A stretch of DNA of 64,000 nucleotides, taken from NCBI GenBank assembly GCA_045656885.1, contig JAZORZ010000071.1, positions 2,509-66,508 of the forward strand, in the 5' to 3' direction. The stretch is from Eubacteriales bacterium (GTDB lineage: Bacteria > Bacillota > Clostridia > Oscillospirales > CAG-272). This document shows positions 15,717-24,877 of the stretch, one piece after another; position 1 is the first letter of the stretch, and every line of letters starts with the position of its first letter. The notes under the pieces are model-generated. The model ran no database searches, was not told the origin of the DNA, and saw only the letters and a list, made by a program, of their open reading frames with translations. Position numbers and translations under genes: made by a program.

Positions 15717-17384
15717 ATGAAAAAAACAAGAATTTTATCGGCACTTTTACTCGTTGCCGTTTTATGCGGCACGCTCTCTTCCTGCGTGTTTCTCTTTCGG
15801 TTTGGGGATCGAAAGCCGTGGACAGAGGATAAAATTCCCGAAACGTTCTTTGATGAAGAATATCTCGCAGAACGCGGCGTTGCCGATTTTCCCGTGCCCA
15901 AGCTTGAGGGCGCATACCTTGACCCCGAAAAGAATATCCTCTACCTCAACCTCTCGCGCACCGAGTATGAGGACTACGCCGAGCTTATTGCCGCCTATTT
16001 GCGTGGAAAAGAGGAATTCCTAGTTAAGGGCTTCCACTGCGGCAACAACGATCAATACTTAATGTTTCTTCCCATGAAGAGATATCAATTTGCTTCTCTT
16101 GACGTGGATGACGTCCCCTACATCAGAGACAACGAGCGGTTATTTGTTTTTTCTGCCTTTCCTCTGGGAGAAATGTCTTCCGATGGCGCGACAGAAATCA
16201 AAAACCCCACACACGTCCTACTAAAGTGGAATGATGCCACCGCCAAAAACGTTGATGAACCCTATACGGTGGAAATGTCCTTCCCCGACCTGCTTGGCAA
16301 ATCGGAGTTCCTTTCCTGCTATCATGGGCACACGTTTGAAGAGATCATCTATCCCGTTCCCGGAACGGTGTTGACCACAACGATTCGCACCTGCACACGC
16401 TGCGGCGAGGAAGAACGCGAGGGCTTCGGCTACGGGAATGTGTTGAAGAAGTTTTCGTGGACCGTAACAGCAGGAACCGAGCATCTTGTTTCGGGCATAC
16501 ATGCCATGGCTTACCGCGGTGAGATCGTTGAAATTGCCGTAAAAGCGCCCGAGAGCGGCGACATCAAAATGACCGCGAACGGCACCGAAATTCCAAAGGT
16601 CAAAGAGACAGACGGCGAGTGGATCTACGCATTTGTGATGCCATACATAAATATTGAAATCACGATTGAAGCCGTTGAGCACGAGCATACGGGCAGATGG
16701 GGCTGTGGTAAAGAAGCACACTGGTACGAGTACACCTGCGGTTGTCCTTCCAACGACATCGCGGAACTTCACTACGACCACAACAACGACGGATTGTGTG
16801 ACGCTTGCGCGTATATGATGGGCGTTAAACAATATTACAGCTTGATGATGAATGCCCCCGAGTGCCTCTATGAAGAATTGAAGCATACCTACTATGCGGG
16901 AGAGATGGTTTCCGTTAAAATCAGCATGGTCACCGACACGGGCTTTTTGTTCTTCGTTAACGGCGAAGAGATCACCGATTATCAAGACGTTGACGGTCTT
17001 TATTGGGAGTTCACCTTCCCGATGCCAGCGTGCGAAACGTACGTTCATTTTAAGACCTATGACGGCTTTTTGCCCGATTGGAATTACGCGGTTTTGATGG
17101 AGACCTATTACAGACAAAATCTTGATGCCCCGTTCGTTCACGTCAGACACTACTATGGCGAGTTTGCAAGCGGTGCAATTGTAGCAATGCTTGATACAAG
17201 CGGTTACGATGAATATTTGTGGCAAGAGGAAATTGGTGACACCGTTATCCACTACAGAGACGGCAACCGCATTGTTGCCCTGTGCCCCAACAACAAGTTT
17301 TACACCCTGACCGAGGCGTTTGAAAACGGTTACCTCACCACCGAGGACATTGCGGCAATTGCAGAGATGCATAATAATCCGTAA
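15717..17384 (+). CDS. hypothetical lipoprotein, Cys/His-rich (555 aa)
   Basis: Lipobox LSSC. Motifs TCTRCGEEE and HEHTGRWGCGKEAHWYEYTCGCPSNDIAELHYDHNNDGLCDACAY. No family recognised. Confidence 0.7.
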   Translation: MKKTRILSALLLVAVLCGTLSSCVFLFRFGDRKPWTEDKIPETFFDEEYLAERGVADFPVPKLEGAYLDPEKNILYLNLSRTEYEDYAELIAAYLRGKEEFLVKGFHCGNNDQYLMFLPMKRYQFASLDVDDVPYIRDNERLFVFSAFPLGEMSSDGATEIKNPTHVLLKWNDATAKNVDEPYTVEMSFPDLLGKSEFLSCYHGHTFEEIIYPVPGTVLTTTIRTCTRCGEEEREGFGYGNVLKKFSWTVTAGTEHLVSGIHAMAYRGEIVEIAVKAPESGDIKMTANGTEIPKVKETDGEWIYAFVMPYINIEITIEAVEHEHTGRWGCGKEAHWYEYTCGCPSNDIAELHYDHNNDGLCDACAYMMGVKQYYSLMMNAPECLYEELKHTYYAGEMVSVKISMVTDTGFLFFVNGEEITDYQDVDGLYWEFTFPMPACETYVHFKTYDGFLPDWNYAVLMETYYRQNLDAPFVHVRHYYGEFASGAIVAMLDTSGYDEYLWQEEIGDTVIHYRDGNRIVALCPNNKFYTLTEAFENGYLTTEDIAAIAEMHNNP

Positions 17385-17408
17385 AATGAAAAAACAAAGG
17401 AGAATATC

Positions 17409-17855
17409 ATGATGAAAAAAACAATATCTATTATCGCTCTTGTGGCTGCTGCCGCATTGATGCTGGCAAGCTGTTCCCTCTTTTTTGATGAAGAAAAATG
17501 CATTGAAAAGCTCAAGGCAGAGGGGTTGACCGAGGGCATGTGCTACATCACCGAGGAAGAATGTGCACGCGCGACCTCGCTTACCAACTCCCAAATCAAA
17601 TTTGACGGCGGCGACTTTACAGTAGAGGTTGTCAGACAGTACGGTTTGATTGAAAACGGCGACTATTCCAAATCCTGCACGTTTATCACCTTTGCTACCG
17701 AGGAGCAGGCAAAACAATTTATAGAGCTTCAAATCAAATGGTTTTCTGAAAAAACAGACAACACAAACAACTGGAAATTTGCGCGCAGCGGTTGCATCGT
17801 TGTGATGACCAATCTCGAAATAGCACAAAAGATTATTCCCTTAAAATTCAAATAA
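17409..17855 (+). CDS. hypothetical lipoprotein
   Basis: AAGGAG RBS. Lipobox LASC. Confidence 0.65.
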   Translation: MMKKTISIIALVAAAALMLASCSLFFDEEKCIEKLKAEGLTEGMCYITEEECARATSLTNSQIKFDGGDFTVEVVRQYGLIENGDYSKSCTFITFATEEQAKQFIELQIKWFSEKTDNTNNWKFARSGCIVVMTNLEIAQKIIPLKFK

Positions 17856-17867
17856 AAAAGCAAAAAA

Positions 17868-17888
17868 GCGGCAGAAATGCCGCTTTTT
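17868..17888 (+). terminator. rho-independent terminator of the lipoprotein cluster
   Basis: GCGGCA-GAAA-TGCCGC + TTTTT. Confidence 0.8.
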
Positions 17889-17914
17889 GTGTACTTGAGG
17901 TTCGTTTCTTTTTC

Positions 17915-18049
17915 GGGATGCCGAGGACGTCATCCCCTACAAGGTGTTTTTCATTTTTATTGTAGGGGCGATTCACGAATCGCCCGCCTCTATAAACGAT
18001 AATCGCTTATTTTGCGGGAGCCCCAAGGGACTCCCCTACCGGTTGATTT
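17915..18049. repeat. three Family-B (REP-like) units in +,-,+ orientation (BIME-like cluster)
   Basis: gggatgccgaggacgtcatcccctac / gtaggggcgattcacgaatcgccc / gggagccccaagggactcccctac. Confidence 0.7.
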
Positions 18050-18093
18050 TTTGTATACAAAAAAATTGTTGCTCGTGGGGCGCCCCCCGAAAC

Positions 18094-18128
18094 AAAAGCC
18101 CTCTGTCAAAAATGACAGGGGGCTTTTG
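18094..18128 (-). terminator. rho-independent terminator of the acyltransferase-yfcC operon
   Basis: GCCCTCTGTCA-loop-TGACAGGGGGC. The minus strand is followed by TTTTGTTT. Confidence 0.65.
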
Positions 18129-18165
18129 CTTATATGTTTTTGTTCTTCGCCAAGCAAATTGCTTT

Positions 18166-19647
18166 TTACAATCCAATAAACACCGCCAGCATCAGGAATG
18201 CAAGCGAGAGTGCCATGAGGAACAGCTGGAACAAAATTGTCTTTTTGAACCACTGTGCAAAGCTGACGTCGGCAAGGCCAAGGCCAACGAGCAATGTTCC
18301 GCAGGTGGGATAGAGAACGTTGGTATATCCGTCGGCAAACAGGTAGGTCAAAATAATAACGGTCTTGCTGATGCCCTCGATGGGTGCGAGTGTGAGCATG
18401 GGAATGATAAGAACCGCCTTTGCGGATGCGCTGGGGATAAAGAACTCGATAATGAGCACAAATACATACAAAATGATAACCGCAAGATAGGGTGAAATAT
18501 CGGTTACCGCATTGTAGAAATAATAGAAAATGGTGTGCAAAATGTTGCCCTCTTGCGCGATGTGCGTAATACCAAAGGCAATCATAATGATGACGATAGA
18601 GGGGAGAACGTCCTTGACGCCCTTGACAAAGCTCTTGCCGAGTTGGCGATATGTACCAAGTAAAAGCTTGCCCACAATGACTGTTCCCACAATGAATGCA
18701 ACTGCCATAAAGACCATTGCAAGTGAACGGAGCGAATCGATGGCGGTAGTGACGATGACCGACAAAAGCGCAACGGAGAACAAAGCAATAATCATTTTTG
18801 CCTTGCGCAGATCCTCTTTGTGTTCCTCGGGGGATACCAGCACAAAGCCGTCAACGTCAAATTTTTCGGTGGCTCTCTTTTCGTCGTTCTTGGCAAGCGT
18901 TACCAAAAAGAAGGAAGTAACCACATACATCACGCAAAAGATGATCAGGCGGTACCACAAGCCGTCGGTGACGCTCACGCCTGCGGCGATAGACGCCGTA
19001 CCGATGGTGAGGGGGTTTGTGATCGCGGTGGTAAAGCCAACGCCCGACGCGATAAGCACAAAGGAAATAGCCGTAAAGCGCGACCAGTTGAGCGCGGTGC
19101 AGAGCATTGCAAATACAGGGTAAAGAATGAGCAGCTGCTCCTGCAAGCCAAATACCGCAGAGAGTAACATAATCACCGCAGTGATGACCCAAATGGCAAT
19201 AAAGCGCTTTGCCTGCAGCTTTGCCATAATGACACGAACGAGAGAAACAAGTCCACCGCTCTCCTCAAGCACCTTAAAGGTTCCGCCAAGCACCAAAAGG
19301 AGTGCTATGATCATGATCATATTGGTGCTGTTAGAGCCAAAGATCAATGCCTCAAAGGGAGAGGTCAACCAGCGAAAAACGGGCAGACGTGTTGTGTTTT
19401 CGCCGTCTTCGAGCTCGCGGTAGGAGTCAATGACGATTTGCTTATTTAGAGATTCGTCTGCGGTATATTGATAAAAGGGTTCGTCGATTTTGGTCTCGTC
19501 GTTTGTGTAAACGGTGTAACGGCCTGCGGGAATGACAAAGGTCAGCACGCCAACCACAATCAGAACTGCTATCAGGATTGCTACAACGGTGATAAAGCTT
19601 TTGAGTCCAAATTTTACTTTTACGTCCATTTCGGTTGATTTACCCAT
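18166..19647 (-). CDS. YfcC/DcuC-superfamily membrane transporter
   Basis: ORF trimmed to ATG 19647 behind GGAGAAAAAA. ~490 aa, polytopic. The sequence style resembles YfcC-type putative basic amino acid antiporters (by eye). Confidence 0.6.
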   Translation of the reverse strand: MGKSTEMDVKVKFGLKSFITVVAILIAVLIVVGVLTFVIPAGRYTVYTNDETKIDEPFYQYTADESLNKQIVIDSYRELEDGENTTRLPVFRWLTSPFEALIFGSNSTNMIMIIALLLVLGGTFKVLEESGGLVSLVRVIMAKLQAKRFIAIWVITAVIMLLSAVFGLQEQLLILYPVFAMLCTALNWSRFTAISFVLIASGVGFTTAITNPLTIGTASIAAGVSVTDGLWYRLIIFCVMYVVTSFFLVTLAKNDEKRATEKFDVDGFVLVSPEEHKEDLRKAKMIIALFSVALLSVIVTTAIDSLRSLAMVFMAVAFIVGTVIVGKLLLGTYRQLGKSFVKGVKDVLPSIVIIMIAFGITHIAQEGNILHTIFYYFYNAVTDISPYLAVIILYVFVLIIEFFIPSASAKAVLIIPMLTLAPIEGISKTVIILTYLFADGYTNVLYPTCGTLLVGLGLADVSFAQWFKKTILFQLFLMALSLAFLMLAVFIGL

Positions 19648-20944
19648 AAATTTTTTCTCCTTTTGCATAATCGTAAACGTCCTCGCAGGCAGCTCTCCAT
19701 CTCGCATCGTAAAGATTGTGGATTTCCTCTGCCGCAAGCGTCCATTTGATAAGTCCGCGGGTACCCTCATCGGGAATGATCATAAAATAGTCGTTGTTGT
19801 GATAAAACTCTAAAAAGCCCTTTGTAGAAAAGGTGAGCGAATAAAGCGATTTTGCTTCAAAATGAAAGCTTACCGCTTTGCCGTTAAGCTCGCCCTCAAA
19901 GGTAAGCCCTTTGTTGGTAAGCGTTGCGTGGCCTTCTGCCAGCAGCTCCCTATCGTGTGGGGGCTTTCTTAACTTATCGAGCTTGAGCGCACATAGTTTT
20001 CCGCTCATGGTGATTGAAAAATCATCGCTCCTGATCTCTTCGGCAACACATTTGCGCTGCCATTTGTACCACGCATCAATGTCAGCGGGGAGATTGTTTC
20101 CGCCTACCTTGATAAGGTCGTAGTATTCATTCACCTTGGCCGCAAAGCCGCAATGCTCGCACTTGATGGTGTCCCCCTCGACGCGCAGACCGTTTTCCTC
20201 CTCGCAATCGGGACACTTATAAAGAATCTTATCAAGCCCCGCGGCGTTTGGCAGCTTGCCAACGTATTTGTGGCGTGCCACCTTGTTAAATGCAAAATCG
20301 TTGTAGCTGATCTTCTCGAGCAGTTGTGCGTAAATCTCTTCCTCGGTCAGCTCCAAAAGCATTTCGGGGGTGAACAGGTGTGTGTAATGAACACCAATGT
20401 AGCCCTTTTTGCGGTCGCTCGAATAGCGGTTGGTAGCCAAATATGCCCCCTTGGTGGTGCAGACCACAACGTTGGCTTTGCAGTTTTTGATAAAATGTGC
20501 CGTTGCGGGATTGATGGGGTGCGTGGAGCCGCTTGTGGATTGAATGCCCTCGGGGAACAGCCCAATGGCTCCGCCGCGTTTGAGAACACGCAGCATGTTT
20601 TTGACGCACATAAGGTCGGGCTGATATAAGTATTTGGAAATAACGCCAAGCTTGATGAAAAGATGAAAGAGTCCTTTTTTGAGAATGTTCTGATAGCCGC
20701 AAACAACGTTGATATCCTTGCGGCCAAAGCCGTAAACGGTATAGAGAAACTCCAGACGTGATGCATGAGAGGAAAGCAGGACCGTTGGTTGATGCGCGAT
20801 GGATTTGCGATCGTAATCGTAGCTGAATGCGACCTTATAACGCCGATTCAAAAGCCCTACGATCCACATGCCCACCGTCATCAGTACGGCATCGGGTGCT
20901 TTTACCTTTCTGTTCACCAGTATTGTTTTTAAGTCCTTTTTCAT
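19640..20944 (-). CDS. PlsC-family (lysophospholipid) acyltransferase with an internal CxxC..CxxC zinc-ribbon
   Basis: LLSSHASRLEF (HX4-D/E-like), GLFPEGIQS, KCPDCEEENG..CEHCG. Its stop overlaps the downstream transporter start. Confidence 0.6.
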   Translation of the reverse strand: MKKDLKTILVNRKVKAPDAVLMTVGMWIVGLLNRRYKVAFSYDYDRKSIAHQPTVLLSSHASRLEFLYTVYGFGRKDINVVCGYQNILKKGLFHLFIKLGVISKYLYQPDLMCVKNMLRVLKRGGAIGLFPEGIQSTSGSTHPINPATAHFIKNCKANVVVCTTKGAYLATNRYSSDRKKGYIGVHYTHLFTPEMLLELTEEEIYAQLLEKISYNDFAFNKVARHKYVGKLPNAAGLDKILYKCPDCEEENGLRVEGDTIKCEHCGFAAKVNEYYDLIKVGGNNLPADIDAWYKWQRKCVAEEIRSDDFSITMSGKLCALKLDKLRKPPHDRELLAEGHATLTNKGLTFEGELNGKAVSFHFEAKSLYSLTFSTKGFLEFYHNNDYFMIIPDEGTRGLIKWTLAAEEIHNLYDARWRAACEDVYDYAKGEKIYG

Positions 20945-21104
20945 TTTTTGAAAGACTCCTTAAACGCTTTTATGTGTAAATTATAGCATATAAATAAGAA
21001 TATTGCAATACTTATGCAAAAAAATGGCGTTTTTCAAAAACAACAGGAAGATTTTTCTTCCCTTCCCGCTTGTTTGCAAGCAACGGATTTTGTTTTTCTT
21101 TTTT

Positions 21105-21177
21105 CGCAAGTGCTTTTTGGAGGGTGCGGGGGAACGCTTTTTCTCTTGAAAAAGGTTCCCCCGCATTCTCTCAAAAG
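21105..21177 (-). repeat. Family-A short form
   Basis: cgcaagtgctttttggagggtgcgggggaacgc..ggttcccccgc. Confidence 0.75.
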
Positions 21178-21191
21178 CAGTCTTACAAACG

Positions 21192-21226
21192 AAAAAGCGG
21201 ATTTGGTTTACAAATCCGCTTTTTTC
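21192..21226 (-). terminator. rho-independent terminator of rpmF (bidirectional shape)
   Basis: GCGGATTTG-GTTTA-CAAATCCGC with T-runs on both strands. Confidence 0.75.
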
Positions 21227-21241
21227 GCTGTGTTTTGGAAA

Positions 21242-21436
21242 TTAAGCATCCTTCTTAACGTCCAGAACCTGCTTTCCATTATAGAAGCCACAAACCTTGC
21301 ATACGCAGTGATTCTTAACGAATGCATCACATGCAGGGTTGGAGCACTTGTTCATGCCGGGCAGGGTAAGCTTGCTGTTTTGAGAGCGTCTCTTATCTCT
21401 GCGAGCGGACGATACTTTTTTCTTCGGTACTGCCAT
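21242..21436 (-). CDS. rpmF: 50S ribosomal protein L32
   Basis: MAVPKKKVSSARRDKRRSQ.. with CxxC..CxxC. Confidence 0.95.
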   Translation of the reverse strand: MAVPKKKVSSARRDKRRSQNSKLTLPGMNKCSNPACDAFVKNHCVCKVCGFYNGKQVLDVKKDA

Positions 21437-21463
21437 GTCTACACCTCCTCTTAATTCTCTTCC

Positions 21464-21982
21464 TTAATCTTCCTCATTTTTGTCAAACAGCTTCTTCAGC
21501 ACGGCAAGCCGCGGATCCGGTTCAAACAAGGAACAACCGCAATCGCCGAGGCGACGGGGTTTTCCGCATTTGGGGCATAGGCCGGGGCAATCCTCTTGGC
21601 AAAGGAAGCGCATGGGGAATGAAAGAAGCAGCTCCTCGCGGATCTCTTCGTCAAGATCAAGCATACCGTCCTTAATTACGGCGTACTCGTCTACGTTCTC
21701 CTCCAATTGTTCCTCTGTGAGTGTCCCCTCCGCAGCGACCGTCCGTTCAAGCTGAACGGCAAAGTCTCCGCTGACGGGCTCCAGACAACGTGCGCACTCG
21801 GTGCGGTAAGCCACGGTTGCCGTGAGTATCAGGTGCATATACCCTGCCTCGTCGGTAACGTCGCCAACCACGTGTGCGTCGCCATCAAACTGGGCGCCAT
21901 CCGGAAGATCGGGCGTGAGCAGATAGTCAATGTGAATATGTTTTGTTTCACCGCGAAGCATCGGGCGCATATCCAAAATCAT
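21464..21982 (-). CDS. yceD: YceD/DUF177 family protein
   Basis: Conserved position upstream of rpmF. C-terminal CQEDCPGLCPKCG motif. Start uncertain (ATG 21982 or 22024). Confidence 0.8.
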   Translation of the reverse strand: MILDMRPMLRGETKHIHIDYLLTPDLPDGAQFDGDAHVVGDVTDEAGYMHLILTATVAYRTECARCLEPVSGDFAVQLERTVAAEGTLTEEQLEENVDEYAVIKDGMLDLDEEIREELLLSFPMRFLCQEDCPGLCPKCGKPRRLGDCGCSLFEPDPRLAVLKKLFDKNEED

Positions 21983-22136
21983 ACTATCTTCCTCCCATTT
22001 TTCGGTTGACATAAAATGCGACATTAAATATTATAACCGCTTTTATTGTATTTGTCAATAGTTTTTTTACATTTTTCCAATCATTTTCGCACAAATTGGC
22101 ACGGGATATTGCAAAAGAACAACACCGTTCTCACTT

Positions 22137-24566
22137 TTACTTTACTTTCTTCAATCTCCAGATGCGATCGGCATACTCCTCAATAGAGCGGTCGGCTGCA
22201 AACTTGCCGGCTGCCGCAATGTTGAGAAGCGACATACGGTTCCAAGCATCCTTGTTTGCATAAGCACCGATCATGCTTTGACGGGTTTGATAGTAAGACT
22301 CGAAATCTGCCAAGCACATATACGGATCTGCCACGCCGTGGCCGTTGTTTAAGAGATATGCGGCAATATCAGCAAAGGATTCGCCCGCAAAACCCGTGGA
22401 AAGATATTTGACGATGCGCATCAGTCTTTCACTCGAGATATAATAGTTGGCCGCACGGTAGCCGCTCAGCCACAGCTGCTCGACCTCATCGGCGGTCAAA
22501 CCGAAGATAAAGATATTTTCACTTCCCACCGCCTCTTGCATTTCGACGTTTGCACCGTCGAGCGTACCGATGGTAAGCGCGCCGTTGATCATCAGCTTCA
22601 TGCAACCCGTACCGCTCGCCTCTTTGCCTGCAAGGGAGATCTGTTCGCTGATCTCTGCCGAGGGAATGAGTGCCTCTGCCATGCTGACACTGTAATTTTC
22701 AAGGAACACAACGTTGAGCTTTTCCTTGATCTTGGGGTTTTGGTCGATATCCTTGCTGATCATGCAAAGCAGCTTGATGATGCGCTTTGCCATGTCATAG
22801 CCGGGCGCCGCCTTAGCACCGAAAATAAAGGTTTGGGGCTGCATATCAAGGTCGGGGTTCTCTTTGAGGTCGAGATAGAGACCAATGATGTTGAGCGCGT
22901 TGAGAAGCTGTCTCTTGTATTCGTGCAAACGCTTGATCTGCACGTCAAAAACAGAGTGCGTGTCAATGATCTTGCCCGTCTTTTCCTTTACCATCTTGGC
23001 AAATTTGACCTTGTTATCGTGCTTGATGGCGCGCACGCGGTCGCGCACGGTGGCATCGTCTGCAAACTTTGCAAAGTCGGCAAGTGCCTCGGGGCGGTGG
23101 CGGTAGTCGGTGCCGATGCACTCATCGAGCAGCTCCGCCAAGCCGGGGTTGGAGTAGCACAACCAGCGGCGGTGTGCTATGCCGTTGGTAACGTTATCGA
23201 ATTTGTTGGGATAGAGCTTGTAGAAATCCTTAAAGGTGGACTCCTTGAGAATGCTTGAGTGCAACTCGGATACACCGTTGACCGAGTGCGAGCCAATAAC
23301 CGAAAGATTTGCCATTCTGACCTGTCCGTAGCCGACAACACTCATTTGCGAGATGCGGTTCCAGTTGCCGGGAAAGGCGTTCCACGCCTCGGCGCAAAAT
23401 CTCTCGTTGATCTCCTTGACGATCATATAGATGCGCGGCAGCTTGAGGCGGAAAAGGTCCTCGTTCCAGCTTTCAAGCGCTTCGGGCATAACCGTGTGGT
23501 TTGTGTAGGAAACGGTGCGCGTAACAATGCTCCACGCCTGCTCCCAAGAGAAGAAATAATCGTCGATGAGAATACGCATCAATTCGGGAATGCAAAGCGC
23601 GGGGTGGGTATCGTTGATGTGGATAGCCACCTTTTCGGGCAGGTTGTCAAGGCGTCCGTAAACCGCCATGTGGTCACGAATGATGCTTTGAATAGATGCC
23701 GACACCAAGAAGTACTGCTGCGACAGACGGAGCAGCTTGCCCTCGGTGTGGTTGTCCGAGGGGTAGAGCACCTTGGAGATGATCTCGGCGTTTGTGCTCT
23801 GCTCGAGCGCTTGGGTATATTGACCTTGTGTAAAGAGGCGCATATCGAATTTTTGAATATTTCTCGCTCTCCAAAGGCGGAGCTGGCTGACCGCGGAGCT
23901 ATCCGCTCCCGAGATCATCATATCGTAAGGAACGGCCTCGACTTCTTCGCTATCCTCGTAAATGATCTCGCAGTGTCCGTCGAGCTTCCACTCCTCGCGC
24001 ACTCTGCCGCCAAAGCGGATCTTGTAGGTGCGGTCGGTGCGGGGAACGAGCCAAACCTCGCCGCCGGGCAACCATACGTCTGGCGTTTCAACCTGAATGC
24101 CGTCTACGATCATTTGCTTGAAAAGACCGTATTCGTAGCAGATGGAAAAACCGGTTGCGGGATAATCGAGCGAGGAAAGAGAATCCATAAAGCAAGCGGC
24201 AAGACGGCCAAGACCGCCGTTGCCAAGTCCTGCATCGGGTTCACATTCATAAAGATCCTCAAGGTTGAAGCCAAGCTTTTTGAGGGCTTTTTCGTATGCG
24301 GTTGCAAGACCGAGGTTGTGAAGATTGGTTTTGAGCGAGCGACCGAGCAAAAACTCCATGCACATATAATAAACGCGCTTTGCCCCCGCCTCGTTGACCT
24401 TTTTCTTGTAGGCGGAGCGTTTGTCGCTCAAAATATTCTTGACGGTGATCGCGGTTGCCTTATACATTTGGTCGCGCGATGCTTCTTTTGCACTGCATCC
24501 GAAATGGCGTTGCAAAACGCCCTCGATCAGCTGTTTGACTTCGGTACTGTTGGGGTTGTAATTCAT
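22137..24566 (-). CDS. glgP: glycogen/alpha-glucan phosphorylase
   Basis: 809 aa. GLGNGGLGRLAACFMDS, EASGTGCMKLMINGA (PLP-lysine region). Confidence 0.95.
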   Translation of the reverse strand: MNYNPNSTEVKQLIEGVLQRHFGCSAKEASRDQMYKATAITVKNILSDKRSAYKKKVNEAGAKRVYYMCMEFLLGRSLKTNLHNLGLATAYEKALKKLGFNLEDLYECEPDAGLGNGGLGRLAACFMDSLSSLDYPATGFSICYEYGLFKQMIVDGIQVETPDVWLPGGEVWLVPRTDRTYKIRFGGRVREEWKLDGHCEIIYEDSEEVEAVPYDMMISGADSSAVSQLRLWRARNIQKFDMRLFTQGQYTQALEQSTNAEIISKVLYPSDNHTEGKLLRLSQQYFLVSASIQSIIRDHMAVYGRLDNLPEKVAIHINDTHPALCIPELMRILIDDYFFSWEQAWSIVTRTVSYTNHTVMPEALESWNEDLFRLKLPRIYMIVKEINERFCAEAWNAFPGNWNRISQMSVVGYGQVRMANLSVIGSHSVNGVSELHSSILKESTFKDFYKLYPNKFDNVTNGIAHRRWLCYSNPGLAELLDECIGTDYRHRPEALADFAKFADDATVRDRVRAIKHDNKVKFAKMVKEKTGKIIDTHSVFDVQIKRLHEYKRQLLNALNIIGLYLDLKENPDLDMQPQTFIFGAKAAPGYDMAKRIIKLLCMISKDIDQNPKIKEKLNVVFLENYSVSMAEALIPSAEISEQISLAGKEASGTGCMKLMINGALTIGTLDGANVEMQEAVGSENIFIFGLTADEVEQLWLSGYRAANYYISSERLMRIVKYLSTGFAGESFADIAAYLLNNGHGVADPYMCLADFESYYQTRQSMIGAYANKDAWNRMSLLNIAAAGKFAADRSIEEYADRIWRLKKVK

Positions 24567-24877
24567 AATTCGTTAGGGCCTCCGTGGGGTATCTGTTGGG
24601 ATTTTTTCTTTTTGAATTTTTTTAAAACCGATACGCCTTGTTTTAGGTGCATGGTTTTCTTTTCGGCCTCTCTCCGAGAGGGAGGTGGCGAACGAAGTGA
24701 GCCGGAAGGAGCCTGCGCAACTAACACATTGCGCTCGCAACAAACCGAGTGCTTTTTTGTGCGCGCTTTCTCCTTCCACCGCTATCGCGGTCCCCCTCCC
24801 TCCCGGAGGGAGGCCTGTGATAGTTCGCCTTGTTGGTTTTATTGTCGTTTGTAAATTGCTACTATATAAAGCTTGTT

